Assembly: GCA_963813065.1 (NCBI GenBank)
Contig: CAWEXP010000010.1
Location: 96,250-160,249, forward strand
DNA: 64,000 bases
DNA from: Candidatus Kaiserbacteria bacterium
GTDB lineage: Bacteria > Patescibacteriota > Minisyncoccia > Phycocordibacterales > Phycocordibacteraceae
Direction of reading: 5' to 3'
The notes beneath the pieces are model-generated. The model was not told where the DNA came from, made no database searches, and saw only the letters and a program-made list of their open reading frames with translations. The position numbers were made by a program, and so were the translations under genes. This document shows, in pieces, positions 19,603 to 33,602 of the stretch; within the stretch, counting starts at the first letter, position 1; every line of letters begins with the position of its first letter.

Positions 19603-20212
19603 CGTATTTTATAATTTTCTCGTCTCGGATAGCAGAGATATAAAAATAGAACAGAAAGAAGTGAATTGAGTCTAAAATGCTCAAACCAATTGATGCTGAA
19701 GCATACTAAGTAGTTTGCTGATCAATTTTTGAATGATGGCCCTGATGTGAGAATTTGGAGTAATTATCTATTTCTTTTACTCACCTGTGAATATTGTATA
19801 TAAAGAATGCCTCTCCCCGTGTGTAAGAACCAACGTGTAGTATTTTTATACTTCTACAAGCACATCGATACATACAATACATACGTTATAGCTAGGCTTT
19901 ATAAGCCAATGTCGGAGAGCCGTCCTGCTGATCTAAATATATAGTCTCTATTTCAAATTTTTGCGCAAATATATCTCAGATCGTCATCGCCGAGGTCATT
20001 TTAACTCATCTGAATTGTTCCGAGGCTTATGCTTGTGCTGTCAGCGTGACTTCGTCGATTTTGGAGGTGCTGATCTATACAGAAAACATCCTTACTCGCC
20101 CATTTATTTTCCGTACAAAAAATTCTCGAAAAAACTGCTTTGACTATCCACAAGCAAACACTAACGGATACCGGATAAACCAGATAAACTATAGTTAATT
20201 CGGTTATCCGAC

Positions 20213-23200
20213 ATGAACCCTCTACTTGAAAATAATTTCATCACGACAAAAGAGGCTCATGATATTTCTGGGTACTCTCCGGACTATCTCGGACGACTCG
20301 CTCGATCAAAAAAAGTAGTTGCAAAAAGGATTGGCCGCGCGTGGCTTATCGAGCGGAGCTCTCTTGAGCATTTCATACAGAAACAAAACACGCGCAAGGT
20401 CGAATTCTCTAGGGAACTCTCGCGGACTCGCGAGAACGAGTATCATGCGGAGCAATCACTGATTGTCAAAACGGCGCGCGCACTCACGACGCCACTCTTG
20501 ACGCCATCGGTTCCGGTTGCCGCAAGCTCGTTCTCCCTCCGTAGGGAAGTCTTCGCTGTAGTAGCCGCATTTCTTGTGGTGGGAAGTGGCGCATTTATTG
20601 CACACGCAGGAAGCATCAGTGAACTCGGCGCATTCGGTAGCACGCTCGCACTCAAGTCTGCAGAAGGATTCCAAGCAGTAAGCAGTGCGCTCTCCGCGAC
20701 GATTCGTGAGCGAGTCGCGTTGGTGAACCGCACCGAGAGCGATGCGCATCTCGCCGCCGCGACGCGGATCAATCGCGCATCGGCGTCGGTCGCACCGATT
20801 GCATTCACCGTGCCGAGCAATACTGCGCTCGCTCTGCGTACGGGCGCGAGCCAGATTGCGATCAACACCGTGCGGGTCGCCGAACTGGTCCACGTATCCG
20901 CACCCGCACGCGTTGCGGTCTCGGTCCCAACCGTGCAAGAAATACTTTCTGCCATTGAACACGCGCCACTCGATGCAACACTTGCGCTTGGTAACACCAT
21001 CATCGCAGTGACGCACGCGAGCATTGGTGGCGAGGTATCGCTCGCGTATGGATTCGCCAATGGCGCGCCGATAGTCGCACAAGGGAGCGTCGCGCTCATC
21101 GAAGAGTCTGGTGCAGAACTCGCACTCGCGACCGCGCACCTCCCGAGCATCGCGACGGCTCTGTATCTCGGTAGCGCTGGAGCAATCGCGAACGCGGCAC
21201 CCACAGTTGCGAACGCGGCGTGGAGTCAGGAATACGCACTCGCACAGAACTTCGTTGCGGGGACGAACACGATCCTCGCACTCGACTGGGGCGCGCTCGC
21301 GGGCACGAGCGATATTGCCGGCACGATTGCAGTCACCACGACGCAGATAGGCGCAAAAATTGCAGCAGTTGCGCCGCAATTCTCGGCTATTGCTGAAGAT
21401 CGCGTGCTCGGCGCACTGGGCAAAACAGCACTCGCGCTCGACCAGCTCACACCCACCATCATCCGGACACCGCTCAATCGCCTCGCCGTTGCCGCGGTCG
21501 CCGCCGCACTGCCGCCGCTCTCGGCAGGCGAGCAGGCGGCGCTCTCGACCTACATGACCATCAACAGCCTCTTCAAGAGCGCCTCGGATGAACTCGCCCT
21601 CATTCTCTCACCCGAACCAAATATTATTTTGCCGAGCCCGGTCGCGATTACGCACCCCGCACCAATCACCGCGACCAGTTCGGCGGTGCGTACCATCGCG
21701 ACACGCGCGACCTACAACACCATCGTGCAGGGTGTCTCGCAGAATTATGTTGACCAGTCAATCGCGGATGCAAAAAATAATTTGATCGCGCAGATGAACG
21801 CGCTCGTCGCACCGCTCTCGCGGCAGGTCGTGACCAACGAGACCACCATCCAGCAGGTGAACATGATCCAGTCGCTCACGGACCTTATCCTCCACACGCC
21901 GGTAATCGATGGTGCACAGATTTCTAATTCTAACTTCGGCGGTCACACGGTCTCGGCGGACCTGGGCACCTTCGGCTCGCTCATTGCGATTGCGGCGAAT
22001 CTCGGCAGTACGACGGTGAACACACTCAATGTGATGGGCGACACCACGCTCGCGGGCAATCTCACCATCGGTGGCAACACCACACTCGGCTCTACCACCA
22101 TCGCCAGCAGTTCTATCGCCTCGCTTACGGCAACGAACGCGACAATCACGAATGCAACCACTACCAATCTCATCGCGCAGAATTTTTCGATCACCGGCAC
22201 GGGCGCAAACATTTTGCTCTCGACTGATTCACTCGGTCACGTCACGGGCACGACGACGCCCTCGGTCGCCGCACTCTTCGCGACCTCGACCACGGCCACC
22301 TCGACCTTCGCGGGCGGCCTCGCCGTTGGAAATAATTTCTTAAACATTCTCCAGAACGGTCGCATCGGCATCGGCACTTCGACGCCCGCGGTCGCCTTCG
22401 ACATCTACGCCACGGACGCCATGCGACTCCCCGTCGGCACGTCGCTAGATTGTCCGGCCGTGGGCGACGTCGGGTACGTTCGCTACAACACCACCACGCA
22501 CCAGTTCGAAGGCTTCGGCGATAACCAAGTCTGGCAAGGGCTCGGCGGCGTCATCAACGCGGCGCAGACCACCTACATCACCGCAGACGATGCGAATATT
22601 CTCCACTTCGTCACCAACTCTACCGAGCGCATGAGCATCCTTGCCAACGGCAACGTCGGCATCGGCTCGACAACGCCATTTTCTCGCCTCTCGCTCGCGG
22701 GCCTCGCGGGCGACAGTACGAATCTTTTCACTATTTCTACTTCCACATCGAATTCAACCACCACTGCACTGACTGTCGACAACAACGGCAATCTCTCATT
22801 GCTGAACGGCACCACGCTCACGGCACCGACCATCAATGCGGGCACGGCTCTGCAATTGAATGGCACCAACATCAATACCGCCGGCACGCTCTCGAATGTT
22901 GCATACCTCAATCAGGCGCAGACCTTCTCACAGCTCCAGCAGTTCGCGGGCGGTGCCTCCTCCACCGCGCTCGCGCTCAATTACACCTTCGGCGGTACGG
23001 CGCCGCTCACCATCATGCAGAATGGTATCTCGACGCCGGTCTTCACTATTGACCACTCGGGCCTCCTCACTGCTTCGCCCTCGACTGCCACCTCGGGCGG
23101 GGCGCTCTTCAACTTCGGCAACGGCTCCGGGCAAGTCTTCTCGGGTGGCACCGCGTTCCTGCTCAATCCTGCGACCGTCGATGGAACCAGCTATCTCCTT

Positions 23201-26200
23201 GCCGCACAGATTGGCGGAAACACCAAGTTCGTCATCGACCACAGCGGTAGCGTGGGCATTGGCAACAACAATCCGGGCAAGACGCTCGATGTCACAGGCA
23301 CCACGCGCATCTCGGGCGTGCTCACGCTCTCTGGGCTCGGCTCGCCCTGCGTCGGCGCGCAAGCTCTGCAGGCTGACTCCTTGGGCAATATTTCCTGCGG
23401 TTCTATTTCAACCACGGGCATCTCGAGTGCCGGTGGCTGGACCACCAACAATGTCGGTCTCGTGACGCTCTCGACTAGCACCGACGCCGTTGCGCTTGGC
23501 GCGACCTCCACTCCGTATGCCAAGTTCGTCGTCATCGGCAGTAAGACCGCGAGCACCACACTCGCCATCATTCCTTTCGCCGGACAGACCGCGAACATTC
23601 TCGATCTCTACAACAACAGCGGCAACCTTTTCTCGGTCATCACCGGCAATGGCAATATCGGCATCGGCACCTCTACTCCGGCCTCGAGCGTAGATATTTA
23701 TGCCACCGACGCGCTCCACTTGCCGGTGGGCACGAGCGCACAGCGCCCCGCGATGGCGCTCGCCGGTCAGGTCCGCTACAACACCACGACGCACCAGTTC
23801 GAGGGCTTCGGCGATAACTCGGTCTGGCAAGGGCTCGGTGGCGTCATCAACGCCGCGCAGACCAGCTACATCACGGCTGACGCCTCCGACTTCCTCCACT
23901 TCGTCACCGCTTCCATCGAGCGCATGACCATCGCGAGCAATGGGAATGTGGGAATTGGAAGCACCTCGCCCTACGCCGCGCTCTCTGTCTCCACTTCGAC
24001 TTCGTATTACGCCGGCCAAACCCTCTTCGCCATTGCGAACTCCGCGAGCTCGACGCTCCTCTCGGTACTCGGCAATGGCAACGTCGGCATCGGCACCACG
24101 ACTCCCGGTACGCTGCTCGGCGTCCAAGGGACTGGCGTATTTGCAGGCAATCTCTATGCGACCAATATCGTCGCGACTTCGTCAATCACTGCACCGAGCC
24201 TCACGCTCGCCTCCGCTCTCACCGTCCCCAACGGCGGCACGGGCCAGGTTTCGTTCCCCTCCGGCAACCTTATATATGGAGCGGGCACGGGCGCTCTGCA
24301 ATCGGCCGCCACCACCACCCTCACTACCGGCGGCGCGCTCTCGTTCTCGGCAAATCCTGTCATCATTGGTGCCTCTTCACCATCCCTCTCGCTTTCTAAT
24401 AACTCCACTCTCACCACCTCGGGCAACACCCTCGGCATCAACCTCGCGAATCCGAACATTTACACCGCGCTCCAGACCTTCGCCAATGCCTCCTCGACCC
24501 TCTTCTCCTCCACCTACGCCTCCTCGACTAACGCCTTCTTCGGCACTTTGAGCGTCGGCGGCTCTGCGACGATTAGCTCTCTCTCGGTGGGGAATCTGAA
24601 CGGACTCCTTTCCGGCACGAACGGGGCAGTCTCTGCTACGGCCAACGGCACCAACGGCCAAGTGCTCGCTATGAGCGGCGGCATACCGACCTGGGTCGCC
24701 TCGACCACACTCGCCAACATCAGCGGCACGCTCGGTGTCGCGAGCGGCGGCACAGGAAGCGCAGTCACCTTCACCCAGGGCTCCGCGATATTTGCGGGAG
24801 CGGGCGGTATCTATTCGCAAGACAACGCCAACTACTTCTATGACGCGATTAATCATCGCCTCGGTCTCGGGACAACATCACCCTACGCCCAGCTCTCCGT
24901 CTTCGCGGGTGGCGACTATCTCTCGCACGCGTTCTCGACACTCTTCGCCATCGGCTCTTCCACGGCAGGCACAGCGACCACCACGCTATTCTCCGTCGAT
25001 AGCGCGGGCAATGTGAACGAGGGTACCGCGGCCGCGACCACGACTATCGCAGGTGGCCTCTTCGTCACTGGCACGGCGGACGTGGAGAACTCCATACTCG
25101 GCAGCCTCACCTTCGCGAACGACGCGGGCGCTGGTTTGAGCTGGATGAATCTCCCCCTCCTCTCCGCAGCCGCCGCCACGCCCGAGAGCTACTCCGCGAG
25201 CATCGCCGGCACGCCCATCCTCACTGTCTACGGCACCTCAAACGGCTCTGGGGGCGTCGCCTCCTACGGTGTCGGCATCGGGACGACGGTACCCCTGTCA
25301 AAGCTTGATGTAAATGGCGGTGTGGCAATCGGTGCGTATGCCGGCGCTAACGCCGCGCCGTCGAACGGGATGATAATAAGCGGCAACGTCGGCATCGGCA
25401 CTACCTCGCCCTACGCAAATCTCTCGGTGATGGCGGGCGGCGACTACGCAAATCACGCACCCTCGACGGTATTTGCGATTGGTTCTTCGACCGCAGGCAC
25501 GGCGACGACGACGCTGTTTAGCGTGAACTCGAACGGGAATGTGAATGCGCTCGGCTATTTGCGGGTGGGATCGACTGCAACACCTGCGAACACGACCGCA
25601 GGCGACCTTACCGCCACGCGACTTTCTATTGGCAACAGTTCGCTGAGCAATGCCGCGACTGACTTTGGTCTTGTGACAGGGACGATGAGCGCAACCTCGG
25701 GCGGCGATATTGGCTTCTATATCAATCCAACTATCGCACCCGTCTCTGACTCAAGCGCCGAGTTCCGCGCCTTCAACATGAACGCGACGATAAATGCCGC
25801 AGGCATCAACTTCACCGGCTCTAACCTCACCTCTCCAGAAGCGCTCCGTAACGAGGTTCGTGTCACTAACTCCGGCAATATAACCGAGGTGCATGGCGCG
25901 ACGATGTACGGTCTCGTCCTCGGGAGTGCTGCTGCAACCATGGGCACGGTGACGGCGGTGACCGGGATATATGTGCGCGCGGTAGACTCCTTCAGCAACG
26001 CTCTCACATCAACAATCTCTAATGCTTATGGCATCCGCATATCCAACAATTCCAACTCGGGGACCGGGCCGCTCACGTACACTAACCAGGCAGGACTCAC
26101 GGTAGAGGCGCAGACCACCGCGACCAACAACACCGGCATTCTGCTCGGTACCGCCACCATCCCCACCGGCAACTTCGGCATCTATAACTCCTCGACCAAT

Positions 26201-29200
26201 AACAACTACTTCGCGGGCAACCTTGGTGTCGGCGTCACTTCGCCCAGCTACAAGCTCGACGTCGCGGGATTCATCAACACCGACCAGTACAGCGGCTACA
26301 AGCAGGCGGGAAATACGGTCTTGTATGCGAGCACGACGAACGCGAGTCTTGCGGTGGGTGCATCGAGCGCAGCTGCATGGATGGCGGCGAGCTCCACACT
26401 TCTTTACAATATCGCTATCGGCAGTGGCGCACTCAACACAGCTCCCACTTCTGCCGGTACGGCACAGTTCAACACTGCCATTGGTGCCAACTCGCTGTTG
26501 AGGCAACACCACGGGAAATAGAAACTTCGGGTTGGGGTTCAGTGCGCTCAACCTCAACACGAGTGGTTCCTACGACACAGGGATTGGTTACCTCGCCCTT
26601 AGCACCAACATTGCTGGTTCGAACAGCATCGGTATCGGCGGCAATGCTCTTCGTTTCAACACTGCCACAAATAATATTGTTGCTATAGGTCATGATGCGG
26701 CGTGGGGCAACACTGTCAGTTACTCAAACCAAGGCGGTACCTATATTGGTTATCAGTCTGGAGCTAATGCTTCTACCAACTCCGACTACAACACATTCTT
26801 GGGCTACCAGTCCGGTTTTGGAGTGACAACAGGTAATGACAATATTATCCTCGGCGTGAACCCTAATACGGGAGGTGGCAATAATCTCACCACTGGCGCC
26901 AATAACATCTTGATTGGCTACAACGCCATTGCGCCCTCGGGAGCCGCCGCCAACAACCAGCTCAACATCGGCAACTTCCTCTTCGGCACGGGGCTCACGG
27001 CAACTTCGTCTTCGACTTCGCTGCCCACGGCGCTCACCGGCAACTTGGGCCTCGGCACCTCCACTCCCTCTTCGACTCTCTTCGTGCAGAACAATTACGG
27101 TGCCGGCCCCGCCTTCACCATCGCCTCCTCCACCAACTCCTCGGGCACCACTGCCAACACCCTCCTTACTGTCTTGAATAATGGCAACGTCGGCATCGGG
27201 ACGACCTCGCCGCTCACCTCGCTCGATGTCGGCGGCCAGGTCACCTACGTCGGCCCATTCTCCGCCTCCAACATCCCGGTCGCTTCGTTCTCTGCGAACT
27301 CCAATGCGGTATCAGGGGTCCAGTTTACCAACGTCAACACCGGCACTGTTGCAGACTTCCGCTTCGCGATTGCCGACCAGACCGGCAACTACACTGCGCT
27401 CACGATGCCTTCCACCGGCAACGCCGCTGCTACCGTCTTTGGCCTCGCGCGAAGCACGGCGACGTTCCTCTTCAATAACGGCGGCACTACGCGCGCCTTC
27501 GGCATCGGGACGCTCGGTGCAAACGATCTCGTGCTCGGCACCAACGGCACTGATCGCCTCCACATCACCTCCGCCGGCAACGTCGGCATCGGCACCACCT
27601 CACCCTACGCCAATCTATCGGTGATGGCAGGGGGGAATTATGCGAGCCTCGCGCCAAGCACGGTCTTCGCGATTGGTTCGAGCACGGCGGGCACAGCGAC
27701 GTCGACACTATTCAGTATCAATAGCTCTGGTCTAGTGACAAATAATGGGAGCGAGACTATCGCGGGTAAACTTGGGATAAACAACACCAACCCGCAATAC
27801 ACTCTCGACGTCGCGGGCTTCATCAACACCGACCAGTACAGCGGCTACAAGCAGGCGGGGAACACCATTCTCTATGCGAGCACGACCAACAGCACGCTCG
27901 CCGTTGGTGCCTCAAGTGCGGCGGTATGGATGGCAGCCTCCTCGACGCAGTGGTATGACACAGCGGTCGGGTATGGCGCACTTGCTACGACACCCACCAC
28001 GGGCACAGCACAATATAACTTCGCGATCGGTTACCAAACCCTCAATTCCAACACTGCTGGACTCGGCAATACGGCGATTGGAATGCAATCCTTGCTAAAC
28101 AACAGCACTGGTTCCAATAATATTGCCATGGGTGGTGCTACTCTTGGTCAGAATACTACTGGCAGCAACAATACAGCTGTCGGTGTGAGTGTACTTCGTT
28201 ACAACACGCTCGCAGCAAACTCGACTGGTTTCGGTGCATACGCCGGATACGGTAACGCGCTCTCATACTCAAACACCGGCGGCACCTACATCGGCTTTAG
28301 AACAGGGTATTTTGCCTCCACCAACTCCGACTACAACACCTTCCTCGGATACCAGGCGGGGTATGACGTTACGACTGGCAATGACAACATAATCATAGGT
28401 GCGAACCCGAACACGAGTGGCTCCCACCTCACCACGGGGATGAACAACATCCTCATCGGGTACAACGCCATCGCGCCCGAGGGAGCGGCCGCGAATAACG
28501 ACCTCAACATCGGCAACATCATCTTCGGCACCGGGCTCACCGCGACGAGCTCGGCGACCACGGTGCCGACCGCGCTCTCGGGGCTCATCGGTATCGGGCA
28601 CGAGCACGCCGTGGGCGAATCTCTCAGTACAGAGCAATTACGGTAGCAGTGGGGTCGGCGCGACGACGACTCTCTTCGCCATCTCCTCATCCACCAATGC
28701 GAGCGGGAGCACGAGCAACGGCCTCTTCATCGTGCAAAACACACCCTATACCAATTCCAACGTGCGTGTGCTTGTCAACGAGAACCAACTACTAAACGTC
28801 AATGACACGATGGAGGTTAACGGCACGCTGAACGTCAATGCGCTCACTATCAACCAGGCGAGTCTCATCGGCAACACCAATGGCTACAGCTGGGTACGCG
28901 GCGCGGCCGCGCAGGGGATTGCTTTCCTCGTGAACGGCACGACTGGTGCCACAGCACCTACTGGCGCCGCAGCAGTCATCACTTCGGGAGGGAACGTCGG
29001 CATCGGGACGACGACTCCCGCATATCCTCTGGATGTAGTGGGAAGCGGCGAGCAGTTCGAGAACACATACCTTTCGTTGAATCCGTATGCGAGCACCAAC
29101 GCACAGATCTCAGTGAGCGGCGGCAGGGCTTACTTCGGCTATGACAGTTCGAACGGGAATGCGGTCGTACAGGGAGCTGGCGGCAAGGGAATCGAGTTTA

Positions 29201-32200
29201 ACGTCAGTAACTCCACTTTCGCCTCCGGCACTGCGGCAGTCCTCAGCTCAGCCGGTAACCTCGGCATCGGGACGACATCGCCTTACGCCAATCTCGCCAT
29301 ACAGAATAATTACGGCTCCAACAACACGACGCTCTTCTCGATTGGCTCCTCGACCGCGAGGAACGGGAGCACGGCGAGTACGCTACTCAAGGTGAGCAAC
29401 ACCGGCGCACTCACCCTCGCCAACTTGGCAGGGAATGCGAACGGGGTGGTCTATCCAGACGCCAACGGCACCCTCAACGTCACCGCCGCAGGCGGTGCAG
29501 GCACGCTCTGCCTCATCGCGACCAACGGCGGCGTGCCCACCTGGGGCTCCTGCGCAGGCTCGGCCTCCACGGTCTGGAGCCAGCTCTCCAACCCCACCGG
29601 CAATCTCGCGCTCTCGATGGGCGCCAACACTACCACCTTCACGGCCCAGAACACGGGCAGCAATAACCCCTTCACCTTCGCCGACAACACCAGCAACGCT
29701 GGCACGGGCATCCTAGTCAATATCGCGAGTGCGGCCTCCTCGGCCATCACGCCCTTCCAGGTCTCGGCGGTAGGGAATCCGGCGTTGACGGTCGCCGCCT
29801 CCGGCAACGTGGGCATCGGGACCACCTCTCCCTATGCCAATCTCTCGGTGATGGCGGGCGGTAATTATGCGAGCCAGGCGGCGAGTACGGTGTTTGCGAT
29901 TGGTTCCTCCACCGCGGGCACGGCGACGAGTACGTTGTTTAGTGTTAACAGCGCGGGGAATACGAACATTGCAGGGTCGCTGACAGTCGCGGGCAATCTT
30001 GTCTCGGTGCTCAATCAGACTGGCACTGGTAATGTGGTGTACTCGGCAAGCCCGAGCCTTACAGGAGGTCTATTCATTACGCCCGGTCCCCTTACGATGG
30101 GCACTTCAGGTCAACGAGGTGTTATTTCAGTACCACTTGCTAACCAAATACAGATAGGTCCGGCCGATGTTGATACGACTGCCGCTATGGGCGCCCAAAT
30201 CCTTCGTTCCCAAGGCGCGCTCGCAGGCGGCACGGCAGATCAGGCGGGCGTGAACTGGACATTCATCGCTTCGCCCGGCAAAGGTCTAGGTGCGGGCGGT
30301 TCCTTCGTCTTCCAGACGGTGCCCGCTGGTTTGGTGAGTAATACAGTCGTCAACGCGCCGGTTACAGCATTGGTTATTAATTCAGCGGGCCTCGTCGGCA
30401 TCGGGACTACATCCCCTTATGCGAAGCTCTCGGTGATGGTGGGAGGGAACTATGCGAGCCAGGCGGCGAGTACGGTGTTTGCGATTGGTTCCAGCACGGC
30501 GGGCACAGCGACGTCGACACTATTCAGTATCAATAGCTCTGGTCTAGTGACAAATAATGGGAGCGAGACTATCGCGGGTAAACTTGGGATAAACAACACC
30601 AACCCGCAATACACTCTCGACGTCGCGGGATTCATCAACACCGACCAGTACAGCGGCTACAAGCAGGCGGGGAATACGGTCTTGTATGCGAGTACGACGA
30701 ACGCGAGTCTTGCGGTGGGTGCATCGAGCGCAGCTGCATGGATGGCGGCGAGCCCGACCCTTTTACAGAATGTTGCCATTGGAGTCGGAGCTCTTGCGGC
30801 AACTCCGGCTGTGGGCTCACCTGGCGACCAGTACAACACGGCAATTGGCTATAACGCGCTCAATGCAAATACCACCGGCTCGTACAACTTCGCTCTCGGG
30901 TCTTGGGCGCTCCTCAACAATACAAGCGGTGTACGCAATACCGCTCTCGGTACGAGTGCTCTCTACACAAACAACGGTTCATACAATTCCGCATTTGGCA
31001 TGAATGCTCTTTATTCCAATACCACTGGCTCCAACAACACAGTTTTCGGTTATTCGGCAATTCGTTATGCATCCGCGGTAAACAACGTTACTGCAATCGG
31101 TTATCAAGCTGTAAGTGGGGGTACCACCTTCTCCAATCAAGGCGGCACCTACGTCGGTTATGGTTCAGGCTATTCGGCGGGCACCAACTCCGACTACAAC
31201 ACCTTCCTCGGGTACCAGGCGGGGTACCCCAACACCACAGGATTCGACAACATCCTGATAGGGGCGCAGAAGAACACCATCGGGGCAGGGTACCTCTCCA
31301 CCGGCGGGGACAACATCGGCATCGGTTTTAACACTCTCTTCCCGAGCGCGACCGCCAACAACCAGCTCAACATCGGCAACTTCCTCTATGGCACGCTCCC
31401 TGCCACTACCACCGCCTCCACCTTCGGCCTGCCGACCACCGGCAACTTCGGTATTGCCACCACCACCTCCGCACTCTTCGGCATCCACGCCAACAACGGC
31501 GCGAGCTACTCCTCGCTCTTCATGATTGGTTCTTCTACCGCGAGTGCGACTACCACGCTCTTCACGGTCTTGAACACGGGCAGCGTCGGCATCGGCACCA
31601 CCAGCCCGCAGTGGCTGCTCTCGCTCTCCGGCGGTGGGCAGAGGATTAAGGAGACGAGCGACATCCTGAACGCGTTCTCGATAGAGAACTCGGTCGGCTC
31701 TACGACCGTCGCCGCCGATACGATCGACACGAGCGGCAACATCTTCTCGGTCGCGACCAGCTCCGGCACCGATTACTTCGACGTCGCGGCGAACGGTAAC
31801 ATCGCGCTCTCGACGAGCGTGTACTCGACCTGTAGCAGTCTCTCCACCAGCGGTGGCGTCATCCAGTGCTCGGTCTCTGATCAGCGATTGAAGCAGAACA
31901 TCACCACGCTCGCGCCAGCGACTGGCCTCGCCGCCATCGACGCATTGAATCCGGTTTCCTACACCTTCATCGACCCGACGCGTCCGCAGGGCACGCAGTA
32001 CGGATTGATTGCGCAACAGGTACAACAAGTGCTCCCGGCGCTCGTCGCCACTTCCTCGCCGACGGCGCTCACGCCCGACGGTACGCTGACCGTGAACTAT
32101 GACGGCCTCATCGCGCCGCTTATCGAGGCAGTCCAACAGCTCGACGCGCGGACGAAGGGGATTTCGAATTCGGCTTCAAGCACCGTGATGACCTTCGACA

Positions 32201-33600
32201 TCTCGGGCAACGTCGGGCTCGGCGTCGCACCGAGTGCCGCAGATAAATTGACCGTCGGCGGCAACATTTTCGCGCAGGCATACGAGGTGCCAGCCGGCAC
32301 GGTGACGGCGTATACGTTTGGCGCGGCAAGTGGAAGTCAGACTTCCAGTTCCGACGGAGGAAGTCAGACTTCCTTTGCCGCGCCGATACCGAGTGTGGTG
32401 CTTACGGCAGGTGGACGGGTCGACCTCTACAAGCTCGCAACCTACAATCTCTCGGGTATCTCCGCGCTTGCGGTGCGCCTCCAGACCGACGAGATGCGCC
32501 TGACCTCGCTCGAGGCACGCGTCGCAGAGCTCGAGAATGGTTCCATCGCCGTCTCGACCTCGACGCCGTTCTCCACCTCGACCCTCGCCTCCGCCTTCTC
32601 CGGCCTCGGCGCATACATCCAGCAGGGCATCGCGCAATTTGGCATCCTCGTCGCCGACCAGTTCGTCGCCGCGACCAACTCGGCGGGTACGAGCTCCGCG
32701 GGCACCGTGACGATTCCGGCCGGCAACACGGTCGCGGTGGTGACGAACGCGTACGTCAATCCGGCGTCCAAGATTTTCGTCACCTTCACTGCCTCGACCA
32801 CCGCCTCTTGGTACATCAGCGACAAGCAGAACGGCTCCTTCAAACTCATCCTCTCTGCGGCGCCGACGAGCGATATCTCCTTCGACTACTTCATCGTCCA
32901 GACGCAGGGCCAGATCGCGACCAGCACGCCCGTTTCTGAAGGAGGTCAGACCTTCACAAATCCTCAAGGTCTGACCTCCCAGCCCGTGATTACTCTGCTC
33001 GGCGACAATCCGCTCCATCTCTCGGTCGGTGGTACCTTCGTCGAGCCGGGCGTGAGCGTGCATGACTCTGATGGCACCAATGCGTACGTCACCTTCGTCA
33101 ATGGTGTGCAAGAAACCATTTCCTCGACGACGCTCGACACGTCGAGCCCGACCACTTATATCATCACGTACAGCGCGACCGACAGCTCGGGCAACACTGC
33201 GACCGCGCGCCGCTCGGTGATCATCGGCAATCCAGACGGAACCGTTTCTTCCGGCGCCGGTGGAGGTCAGACCTTAAATCCGAATCCTCAAGGTCTGACC
33301 TCCTCGGCACCGGCTGATACCACGCCACCCGTTGTCACTCTCAATGGTTCGGCGGCACTCACCACCTCGCAAGGCACGACCTTCACTGATCCAGGCGCAA
33401 CGGCAACCGATGATACCGATGGTGACCTGACCAGCAAGATTAAAGAAACGGGTACCGTCGACACGACAACCCTCGGCCTCTACACGCTGACCTACTCGGC
33501 CACCGACTCAGCAGGGAACACCGGTACCGCCTCGCGCGTGGTCTCGGTTGTCGCGGCTCCGAGTGCGCCAAGCGACGCTTCCACAACGCCCGCGGGTTAA
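20213..33600 (+). CDS. Giant (~4,460 aa) surface fibre protein: N-terminal HTH, TM, GNVGIGT tail-fibre-like repeats, YadA-head-like repeats, peptidase S74 chaperone, two DUF5011 Ig domains (apparent frameshifts near 26503 and 28598)
   Basis: Three consecutive ORFs join by removing one base at each junction; SDQRLKQNI...GLIAQQV...VNYDGLIAPLIEAVQQL; PVITLLGDNP and DTTPPVVTLNG. Confidence 0.85.
32331..32374. repeat. Two GGAAGTCAGACTTCC palindromes (same family as in secA) inside the giant gene
   Basis: tggaagtcagacttcca and aggaagtcagacttcct; encodes SGSQTSSSDGGSQTSF. Confidence 0.82.
32941..32979. repeat. Inverted doublet of AGGTC-A/T-GACCT palindromes inside the giant gene
   Basis: ggaggtcagacctt-cacaaatcctc-aaggtctgacctcc. 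Confidence 0.82.
33262..33303. repeat. Second inverted AGGTC-A/T-GACCT doublet inside the giant gene
   Basis: ggaggtcagacctt-aaatccgaatcctc-aaggtctgacctcc. Confidence 0.82.
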
Positions 33601-33602
33601 AC

